Assembly: GCA_965230905.1 (NCBI GenBank)
Contig: OZ246396.1
Span: forward strand, 1,274,354 to 1,306,353
Direction: 5' to 3'
Length of the DNA: 32,000 bases
Origin: Candidatus Saccharimonadota bacterium
Lineage (GTDB): Bacteria; Patescibacteriota; Gracilibacteria; UBA1369; 2-02-FULL-48-14
The notes beneath the pieces were generated by a model. The model saw nothing but the letters and a program-made list of their open reading frames with translations. It had not been told where the DNA came from and did not search any database. A program made the position numbers and the translations under genes. Positions 9,202 through 15,985 of the stretch are shown here, one piece after another. Position 1 is the stretch's first letter; the number at the start of each line of letters is the position of its first letter.

Positions 9202-9276
9202 TGGGGATTCGCCAAGTGGTAAGGCACCGGGTTTTGGTCCCGGCATTCGGGGGTTCGAATCCCTCATCCCCAGCCA
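9202..9276 (+). tRNA. tRNA-Gln (anticodon UUG), CCA encoded
   Basis: Manual cloverleaf. Acceptor TGGGGAT/ATCCCCA. D arm GCC-AAGTGGTAA-GGC. Anticodon stem CCGGG/CCCGG with loop TTTTGGT (TTG at positions 34-36). T arm GGGGG-TTCGAAT-CCCTC. Discriminator G plus CCA. Near-collinear with E. coli tRNA-Gln. Confidence 0.92.
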
Positions 9277-9365
9277 TTACGGGCAGTTTGAAAGCCTATG
9301 ACCCACTTTCCTTCGGCTTAAGGAGGGCCGTTTACATAACACCTGTTTTGCTCTAAGCTTCAACG

Positions 9366-9683
9366 GTGAAAATCTTTAGCTTTCTCATTCTCGGGCTGAT
9401 CGCGCTCCACACCATTTGCCCTATGCAAATGGATATGAGCCTGATGCACCATCAAATACCAGAGACTGCTCAAGAAAACTGCTCTGAAACTCACTGTTTA
9501 AGCCATGTAAACAAAGGCGATGAAGTTTTAACATTCTCCAGTCCACTTTTTCCGATTCCACCAGTTCAAATTACTTATAATACGGTCAGTTCCGTAGTCC
9601 CATTTTTTGAAACCCTAAGGTTTCACTCTCCACCAAAGTACCCTCCCGCCTCTCCAACAAGAAACATTGTTTTTCGATTATAG
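9366..9683 (+). CDS. small secreted Met/His/Cys-rich protein (GTG start), putative metal-binding
   Basis: Signal-like N-terminus MKIFSFLILGLIALHT, then ICPMQMDMSLMHHQ and CSETHCLSH. It lies directly upstream of the copper module, in the same orientation. Confidence 0.45.
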   Translation: MKIFSFLILGLIALHTICPMQMDMSLMHHQIPETAQENCSETHCLSHVNKGDEVLTFSSPLFPIPPVQITYNTVSSVVPFFETLRFHSPPKYPPASPTRNIVFRL

Positions 9684-9724
9684 AAAATAGTTGAAGTGTT
9701 CGTATTCTTAACTCTTTGTTTGTT

Positions 9725-11101
9725 ATGGAAAATAATGACAACTCGATCCGCCTTTACGTTCAGGGTATGACCTGTGCGAGCTGCGAACTCATGATCGAAA
9801 GGAAACTCAATAAAGTCCCTGGCGTGCTCAAGGTGCATTCTAATCACCGCACGGGTTTTACCGTTCTTAAAGTAGATTCTGAGAATCCACCCGCCGTGGA
9901 AGCTCTTGAAGCGGCTGTACAGGAAGCTGGATATTCACTAACCAAAAAATCTGTTAAGGTCCTTGAGGCGAAAAACCAAAAATGGATTGAAATCGGAGGT
10001 TCACTGCTTCTTATCTTTGCTCTTTACACTGTTCTGAAGGGCTTTGATGTTTTTTCACTCGCCCCATCCGTAGAAGGAGCCAGCACACTGGCGGGTGTGT
10101 TTGTGATTGGACTTGTGGCCGGTACTTCCAGTTGTTTAGCCGTGACAGGAGGTCTGCTGCTTAGCATGGCAGCAAAGCATAACGAAGTGCATCAATACGA
10201 GTCCCGTTGGCAGAAACTCAAGCCGCTGCTTTCTTTCAATATTGGCCGACTTCTCTCCTACTTCTTTTTAGGAGGTTTGGTGGGCATCTTAGGACAATCC
10301 ATCGCTCTCAGCACGCGCATGACGGGCTACATGAATATTATTATTGCCCTCGTGATGCTCTTCCTTGCGCTTTCGATCCTGAAAGTTATTCCTAAAGGCA
10401 GTTTTCCAATTAAACCGCCCAAAGCACTCTCTCATTGGATTGCGTCGCTTTCCGAACATGAGCACCCCTTTGCACCCTTTGTTTTAGGAGCACTGACATT
10501 CTTCTTGCCGTGTGGATTCACTCAATCCTTACAACTCGCTGCTCTGGCTTCGGGAAGTTTCATGGAGGGCGCGCTTATGATGTTTGTTTTTGCCCTTGGA
10601 ACTTTGCCTGCGCTTCTGGGGATCAGTGTGATTTCCTCAACGGCACAAGGAAGAACGGCTCGATTTTTTCTTCGCTTCTCGGGTTCGTTGGTGCTGCTTC
10701 TCGCTCTGCTCAACTTCAAGAGTGGACTCATTTTAACAGGAGTAAATGTGGATGGGTTCTTCGGTGGATCTTCTGAAGAGGTGATAGATGAATCTGGCTC
10801 CTCCAGTGTGACAGAAGAAGACGGTGTGCAAGTCATCAACATGGATGTAACCAACTATGGATATTCCCCCTCTTCCTTCACGATTGAAGCCGGTAAGCCA
10901 ACTATAATCAAAGCGACTATGAATGAAACTATTGGAGGCTGCATCAGTGTGTTGACTGTGCCAGAGTTTAATTTAGTGACTTACCTTACTCCTGGTGAAA
11001 ATGAACTTGGTCCAATTGAGAATCCTCAAAATGACTTCCTCATTACTTGCTCGATGGGAATGTTCACTGCCAACGTGAAAGTCATACCTTCTACTCTCTA
11101 A
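9725..11101 (+). CDS. HMA-domain / polytopic permease (DsbD_2 / TauE-SafE-like) / cupredoxin-like fusion protein
   Basis: I prefer ATG 9725 (MENNDNS...). N-terminal ferredoxin-like HMA domain with GMTCASCE. A central region has about 6 TM helices with paired Cys (TSSCLAVTGG, FFLPCGFTQS). The C-terminal beta domain ends ITCSMGMFTANVKV, as in cupredoxin_1-type domains. Confidence 0.8.
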   Translation: MENNDNSIRLYVQGMTCASCELMIERKLNKVPGVLKVHSNHRTGFTVLKVDSENPPAVEALEAAVQEAGYSLTKKSVKVLEAKNQKWIEIGGSLLLIFALYTVLKGFDVFSLAPSVEGASTLAGVFVIGLVAGTSSCLAVTGGLLLSMAAKHNEVHQYESRWQKLKPLLSFNIGRLLSYFFLGGLVGILGQSIALSTRMTGYMNIIIALVMLFLALSILKVIPKGSFPIKPPKALSHWIASLSEHEHPFAPFVLGALTFFLPCGFTQSLQLAALASGSFMEGALMMFVFALGTLPALLGISVISSTAQGRTARFFLRFSGSLVLLLALLNFKSGLILTGVNVDGFFGGSSEEVIDESGSSSVTEEDGVQVINMDVTNYGYSPSSFTIEAGKPTIIKATMNETIGGCISVLTVPEFNLVTYLTPGENELGPIENPQNDFLITCSMGMFTANVKVIPSTL

Positions 11102-11112
11102 AACTGCAAATT

Positions 11113-11322
11113 ATGAAAACCACTCTTTCAATTCCTGGGATGCATTGTGCCTCTTGCCTACTCCTCGTTAAGGACGTAAGCAGTGAATTCACTGAAATTC
11201 AAAATGTCCACGTGGATCTGGAAACCAAGAAGGTGTTTTTAGAACACATGGACGACTTTGACCTGCAAAACTGGATAAGCGAAATTGAAGCTCTAGGAGA
11301 GGCTTACAAGGTGCAAGATTAA
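11113..11322 (+). CDS. copZ: copper chaperone, single HMA domain
   Basis: From ATG 11113: MKTTLSIPGMHCASCLLLVKDV..., 69 aa with a GMxCxxC motif. The longer track ORF (from 11047) overlaps the previous gene. Confidence 0.8.
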   Translation: MKTTLSIPGMHCASCLLLVKDVSSEFTEIQNVHVDLETKKVFLEHMDDFDLQNWISEIEALGEAYKVQD

Positions 11323-11353
11323 AAACAAGAAGCACAGTCCTGCAATGAGAACC

Positions 11354-11396
11354 CTATACACCCGAAGGTTCTGAATGAGCACCTTCGGGTGTATAG
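11354..11396. terminator. bidirectional terminator hairpin between the convergent copper modules
   Basis: Perfect 16-bp inverted repeat CTATACACCCGAAGGT (11354-11369) / ACCTTCGGGTGTATAG (11381-11396) with an 11-nt loop. It lies between the copZ stop (11322) and the DUF305 stop (11420). No clear T-run. Confidence 0.6.
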
Positions 11397-11419
11397 CTAA
11401 CAGAAATTGATGCTGCAGT

Positions 11420-11977
11420 CTATTCTAACCAACTCTTTAAAAGCGTCACTTCATTTGTTTGACTCTCAATGATGGCATCTGCCAATTCAAGAAGTTCTGA
11501 CCTTTCAGTGATTTCTTTGATTTGTTCAGCCATCATGATCGCCCCTTCGTGATGTTCAATCATACCTGCAATATAGGTCTGATCCAATTCATCTGCCTCG
11601 AGATCAGAAAGGTCAGACATCATAGCCATGTAGTCGTCGCTTGCTTTAAAGCTGGTTCCAAACCACTCAGCACCCCATGCTTCCATCTTAGCGATTTCTG
11701 CGGTCTGTGCATCTATAATGTTTTGAGCAAGTGCTTTCAACTCTGCATTCGTAGATTTTTCAAGAGTGATCTTGGATGTATCGATCGCTTCTTGGTGATG
11801 TGGAATCATCATCGAAATAAAATCTTCATCACTTGCAAGCATCATCTCTCCTCCCGTGTCATGGTTCATCATTGAATTGTCATCGTCCATCATCGTGTCG
11901 TAGCGGTCTCCAGACTCACAGGCAGTGAGAAGGAGTGAAGTAATGAGGACTGAGAAGAAAAGTAAGAAGTTCTTCAT
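11420..11977 (-). CDS. DUF305-family lipoprotein (four-helix, metal-associated)
   Basis: Lipobox LLLTAC. Duplicated MMIPHHQEAI and GMIEHHEGAI motifs typical of DUF305. Last gene of the copA operon. Confidence 0.8.
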   Translation of the reverse strand: MKNFLLFFSVLITSLLLTACESGDRYDTMMDDDNSMMNHDTGGEMMLASDEDFISMMIPHHQEAIDTSKITLEKSTNAELKALAQNIIDAQTAEIAKMEAWGAEWFGTSFKASDDYMAMMSDLSDLEADELDQTYIAGMIEHHEGAIMMAEQIKEITERSELLELADAIIESQTNEVTLLKSWLE

Positions 11978-12009
11978 AAGGGATTGGATTAGAATGTAAG
12001 GTTATTTTA

Positions 12010-14274
12010 TTAAAGTTTCTTCGTCTTAAGTCGTAAAGAATTCCCAACCACCGATACACTTGAGAAGGCCATAGCCAAACCTGCGAACACGGGACTTAGT
12101 AGCCACTGGAATAAAGGGTAGAAGGCACCTGCCGCTAAAGGGATGCCGACGATGTTATAAAAGAAAGCCCAGAAGAGATTTTGTTTGATTCCACGCATCG
12201 TGATTTTTGAGAGCTTAATTGCCTTTACGAGTTTTGAAATGTCTCCGTGAAGGAGTGTGATCCCTGCAGACTCTATCGCCACATCCGTTCCTGTGGCCAT
12301 TGCAATGCCCACGTCCGCCTGGGCAAGTGCGGGGGCGTCGTTCACACCATCTCCAGCCATAGCCACTATTTTACCTTCGGCTTGGAGTTTCTTAATGATA
12401 TTCAGTTTATCCTCGGGCAAAACTTCAGCCACCACTTCATCAATGCCTGCTTCCTTAGAAATATATGCAGCTGTGTTTTTATTGTCGCCCGTGAGCATCA
12501 CCACTTGGAGGCCAAGCTTATGAAGGTGAGCGATGGCTTCTTTGGCTTCGGGTTTAATGGCATCGGCCACGAGGGCTATGGCGAGCACTTCTTTTTCTGT
12601 AGCGAGGATGATTGGAGTTTTGCCCTGTGCTGTTTCTTTTTCAATCAAGCTGGAATCAATCGTTAGTTTAAGGTCATGGATCAATTTTTCATTGCCCACG
12701 TAGTAAGTGGTCTCACCGATGCTTCCCTTAAGTCCTTTTCCTTTTATCCCTTCAAAATCGGCGACGGTATGGAGTGAAAGCTTTTTCTCGGTCGCCGCAT
12801 TTAAGATGGCATGAGCGATGGGGTGTTCGGATTTCTTTTCAAGTGAGGCTAGAATAGAAAGCAGTTCGTCGTCCGTTTTACCCGACAGTTTTATGATTGA
12901 AATCAGTTCTGGTTTTCCTTTAGTGATAGTCCCTGTTTTATCTACCACCACGGTAGTCACCTTGTGAAGTTTTTCAAGCGTGGCTGCATCTTTAATGAGG
13001 ATTCCTTCTTTTGCCCCTTTACCCACTCCAACAATAATCGCAGTTGGAGTCGCTAGACCAAGAGCACAGGGGCAGGCGATCACTAGAATGCTAACGAAGG
13101 AAACGAGTCCGTAAGAAAGTGCTTGTGAAAAGCCCAAATATAGAGTCCCAATACTTAGCCACACGGCAAGTGCTACGAAAGCAAAGACCAATACGACGGG
13201 GACGAAAACGCTGGAAATTTTATCGGCCAGGGCTTGGATGGGGGCTTTGCTGCCCTGAGCTTCTTCAACCATCTTTATGATGTGAGCGAGCATGGTTTCA
13301 GAACCCACTTTGCTTGCCTTAAAAGTAAAAGAACCGCTGGTGTTCATGGTTCCACCCACCACTTTATCGCCTACGGTTTTATGAACTGGCATTGGTTCGC
13401 CCGTGACCATGGATTCGTCGATGTAAGAAGAGCCTTCGGTCAGTTCACCATCCACGGGAATTTTACCGGCGGGTTTCACAACAATAAGGTCGCCTTTCAC
13501 GACCTGATCAATCGGAAGCTCCACTTCTTTGCCATCACGGATCACGAGAGCGGTTTTAGCTTGAAGATTCAGAAGTTTTTCAATGGCGTCCCCTGTTTTG
13601 AGTTTCGATCGTGATTCTAAATATTTACCTAGGGTGATGAAGGTGATCACCACGATGGTCACGTCGTAATAGCTGTGCTCTGTGTTTATATAAGCAGAGA
13701 GCGGTGCCTCAAAAGCGGTGACAACGAAGCTGTACAAATAGGCAGCCACGGTGCCAATTCCAATCAATGTGTCCATGTTTGCTTTGCCGTAGCGAAGAAA
13801 ACGATAGAAGCCGAGCAAGTAAGGTTTACCTACCACAAAGAGTACATAGGTAGCCATGAGTGGTAGGAGATGGTGGAAAAATTCCATCCAAATTTCAGGT
13901 ATAGGAGATAGCACACCGAATTGAATCAAAGCGTCCCAAGTCATTAGGAAAATACTGAAGGCAGCCAAAGGAAGAGCGGAGAGGACCAATGTTCTGAGTT
14001 CGGAAAGTTCCTTGAGTTTTTCTGTCTTGGTTTGACCCATGCCTGTGTGCTTGGAATGATCTTCTTCAAGCACGAGCGAGTAGCCCAGCGGTTCAATCTT
14101 TTTTGAAAGGTCGGCTGCGTGTACTTTGTGCTCATCAAATGCAACCTTTGCGGTTTCCGTTCCGTAGTTCACTTCTGCGGAAGTGACGCCCTCGGTTTTT
14201 TTAAAAGTTCTTTCAATGATTCCTGCGCAGGAAGCGCAGTGCATGCCTTTGATCTTATAGGTACTGGTGTTCAT
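12010..14274 (-). CDS. copA: copper(I)-translocating P1B-1-type ATPase
   Basis: N-terminal HMA (GMHCASCAG), TGEP, CPC ([11 protein letters not shown]), DKTGTIT and GDGVNDAP. The P1B-1 selectivity residues are also present: YN (FFYNIVG) and MxxSS (MAFSSVSV). Confidence 0.93.
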   Translation of the reverse strand: MNTSTYKIKGMHCASCAGIIERTFKKTEGVTSAEVNYGTETAKVAFDEHKVHAADLSKKIEPLGYSLVLEEDHSKHTGMGQTKTEKLKELSELRTLVLSALPLAAFSIFLMTWDALIQFGVLSPIPEIWMEFFHHLLPLMATYVLFVVGKPYLLGFYRFLRYGKANMDTLIGIGTVAAYLYSFVVTAFEAPLSAYINTEHSYYDVTIVVITFITLGKYLESRSKLKTGDAIEKLLNLQAKTALVIRDGKEVELPIDQVVKGDLIVVKPAGKIPVDGELTEGSSYIDESMVTGEPMPVHKTVGDKVVGGTMNTSGSFTFKASKVGSETMLAHIIKMVEEAQGSKAPIQALADKISSVFVPVVLVFAFVALAVWLSIGTLYLGFSQALSYGLVSFVSILVIACPCALGLATPTAIIVGVGKGAKEGILIKDAATLEKLHKVTTVVVDKTGTITKGKPELISIIKLSGKTDDELLSILASLEKKSEHPIAHAILNAATEKKLSLHTVADFEGIKGKGLKGSIGETTYYVGNEKLIHDLKLTIDSSLIEKETAQGKTPIILATEKEVLAIALVADAIKPEAKEAIAHLHKLGLQVVMLTGDNKNTAAYISKEAGIDEVVAEVLPEDKLNIIKKLQAEGKIVAMAGDGVNDAPALAQADVGIAMATGTDVAIESAGITLLHGDISKLVKAIKLSKITMRGIKQNLFWAFFYNIVGIPLAAGAFYPLFQWLLSPVFAGLAMAFSSVSVVGNSLRLKTKKL

Positions 14275-14296
14275 AGTTATGGGTGTGCTTTTTAAA

Positions 14297-14518
14297 TTAA
14301 AGGATCTCCCCTCGCTTCTCCAGCATCATGTGATGGATGGTCGCAATCTGAATCCAAATTGCAATAAGGATAAGAATGGCCGTGCAGAACAAAGCGTCAG
14401 CCTTTGTAACTCCGAATACCAGGTTATCTGCTCCGCCGATCATGGCGACTAGTAGGGTAATGACTCCGGCAAAGCCCACTACAATACTAATCAGATGCAT
14501 TAATTTAGATAGTTTCAT
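14297..14518 (-). CDS. small two-TM membrane protein, unknown function
   Basis: 73-aa ORF between the YHS gene and copA (gaps of 17 and 22 nt). Two hydrophobic helices; it ends [16 protein letters not shown]. Confidence 0.55.
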   Translation of the reverse strand: MKLSKLMHLISIVVGFAGVITLLVAMIGGADNLVFGVTKADALFCTAILILIAIWIQIATIHHMMLEKRGEIL

Positions 14519-14535
14519 ATGATTGAGTTAAATGA

Positions 14536-14718
14536 TTAATTAAGATATTTTTCTGGATCACTTACAAATTGATCCTTACACGCTGCGTTGCAGAAGTAAT
14601 AGATGGCTCCTTTGTGCGCAAATTGTAGGGTTTCTTCTGTGGGTTCAAGCCCCATGCCACAAACTACGTCCTTAACTGGAGATGAATTTTTGGGACTGCA
14701 ACAGGATGAATTTTCCAT
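14536..14718 (-). CDS. YHS/TRASH-type metal-binding domain protein
   Basis: 60 aa with VVCGM...AIYYFCNAACKDQF (YHS pattern) and an N-terminal SSCCSP. Confidence 0.75.
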   Translation of the reverse strand: MENSSCCSPKNSSPVKDVVCGMGLEPTEETLQFAHKGAIYYFCNAACKDQFVSDPEKYLN

Positions 14719-14824
14719 GGTTTTATTGTTTATTGGATAAGTACACTCTCAATACATTCGTTTACCGGTGTACGACTTTCGTTTTAAATTTTTGATTTAA
14801 CATGGATAGAGGTGGTGAATAGAC

Positions 14825-15097
14825 CTAACGATGAGACGATGTATAAACTTCGATCAGTTCTTTAATTGCTTTTTCTTGTTGCGCTGGGTCTTGCATTTGG
14901 TGTTTGACGTGAGAGCCTAGATGATTCTCCAAAAGTAGTTTGTCTAAACTTTTGAGCGAATTTTGGATGGAGTAGGATTGGTGAAGAAGTGACGTACAGT
15001 ATTCCTCACTTTCTATACTTCGCATCAATGCCTCAAGTTGGCCTTTTAGGATCTTGGCGCGATGAAGCGCTCTTTTTTTGATATTCTGGTTGACCAT
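14825..15097 (-). CDS. CsoR/RcnR-family (DUF156) metal-sensing transcriptional repressor
   Basis: 90 aa, all-helical. RAKILKGQLEALMRSIE...YC(34)...NH(59)LGSH(63). First gene of the copper operon. Confidence 0.85.
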   Translation of the reverse strand: MVNQNIKKRALHRAKILKGQLEALMRSIESEEYCTSLLHQSYSIQNSLKSLDKLLLENHLGSHVKHQMQDPAQQEKAIKELIEVYTSSHR

Positions 15098-15117
15098 ATT
15101 TAGCGATTAATGACCAG

Positions 15118-15151
15118 TACCCCTATACCCTATTAACTCTTGGCCAGTCAA
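15118..15151 (-). promoter_or_regulatory. candidate promoter plus C/G-tract operator of the csoR-copA operon
   Basis: On the minus strand: TTGACT (15151-15146), an 18-nt spacer, then TATAGG (15127-15122). This overlaps ATAGGGTATAGGGGTAC (15134-15118), and CsoR-type operators are G/C-tract sites of the TACCCC...GGGGTA kind. Only one half-site is good here. Confidence 0.3.
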
Positions 15152-15219
15152 GGCAACAGCTTATATATACACGGTTGCTCTGAACCTGTAGAACTTCTGT
15201 GACATATAAAACCGTATAA

Positions 15220-15363
15220 ATGTCTCGATCTTTGAACAAATCATCCCCCGAAGCTGGACCGTATAAAATCTTCACTCAATTTCAGCATGAAGGGAAAACT
15301 CCAGATGAGACTTCTGATGAAGAAGCTATGCCAGGAATGGATCACTCTATGATGGGGCATTAA
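15220..15363 (+). CDS. possible 47-aa Met/His-tailed peptide (not in the ORF track)
   Basis: ATG 15220 to TAA 15361-15363: MSRSLNKSSPEAGPYKIFTQFQHEGKTPDETSDEEAMPGMDHSMMGH. It is divergent from csoR. Its 3' end overlaps the stop of the 15347..15778 gene by 17 nt. No signal peptide and no RBS. Confidence 0.3.
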   Translation: MSRSLNKSSPEAGPYKIFTQFQHEGKTPDETSDEEAMPGMDHSMMGH

Positions 15364-15778
15364 AAGCCATCCATAAGGATATAGTCAGCACGCCGAAACC
15401 AATGAGTATCCCGACGGCAAAAATATTAAATAAGATTGAACAGGTGGCAATTAAAAAGGGCCGGAGCAAGGAAGGACGGTTTTTTTTGTGACTTACGTAT
15501 ATCAGCGTTATCCACAGCAATAGAGCTAGGATCAATAAAGTAGCTTCACTGTTTAGTGAGTAATCAAAAAATTTCATCAGGGGAAAGAATATAAGCAGAG
15601 CTAGGATTAATGTGTAAAGTTCGCACATTAATAGATGCTTAAAGCACAAGCTCATTTGAAGTCTCTTCTTTAGTAGTAACCGAGAAAAAAGACAATAAAT
15701 GGCTGGTAGAAGAATCAGGAAATCTGCCAAGAGAAGGAGCAGAAAGGAAAGAACAAAAATGAAACTCGGTCCCATCAT
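15347..15778 (-). CDS. polytopic membrane protein, unknown function (143 aa, about 4 TM, Leu-rich)
   Basis: ORF with several hydrophobic segments. No recognisable motif. Confidence 0.5.
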   Translation of the reverse strand: MMGPSFIFVLSFLLLLLADFLILLPAIYCLFSRLLLKKRLQMSLCFKHLLMCELYTLILALLIFFPLMKFFDYSLNSEATLLILALLLWITLIYVSHKKNRPSLLRPFLIATCSILFNIFAVGILIGFGVLTISLWMAFNAPS

Positions 15779-15865
15779 AGTTTTAAATCTTACGCATAAT
15801 GAATAACTTTTCCCCCATTATCCTAGGGCAAATAGTCTTAGTCCAGACCATTTAAAGTGCCATCT

Positions 15866-15948
15866 TTTTTATACCGTCTCATTGTCTCATTTAGCATGAA
15901 ACGCCACAATTGTTTCTCACGGCAAGAAACGGTAGGATTAGGCAGTCC
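15866..15948 (+). repeat. intergenic repeat family 1, copy A (TGTCTCA iterons plus conserved core)
   Basis: Aligns with 25209-25292 at about 88% identity by hand (a 1-nt indel and about 9 substitutions). It includes an exact shared 23-mer, TTAGCATGAAACGCCACAATTGT. It ends 38 nt before ATG 15986. Confidence 0.7.
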
Positions 15949-15985
15949 ATGATTAATTGACCGAAACATCTCTCATTATACCGCT

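Noticed and set aside
11047-11112. Upstream extension of the copZ ORF (track start 11047) and the TTG 9716 start of the fusion protein
   Set aside because: The extensions overlap the preceding gene or add non-homologous residues. The internal ATGs (11113 and 9725) give canonical HMA-domain N-termini.
15866-15948. Riboswitch or structured-RNA interpretation of the family-1 element
   Set aside because: The best stems differ between copies A and B (GTTTCT/AGAAAC versus TGTCTCA/TGAGACA) and substitutions are not compensatory. Two and a half copies give no covariation support.
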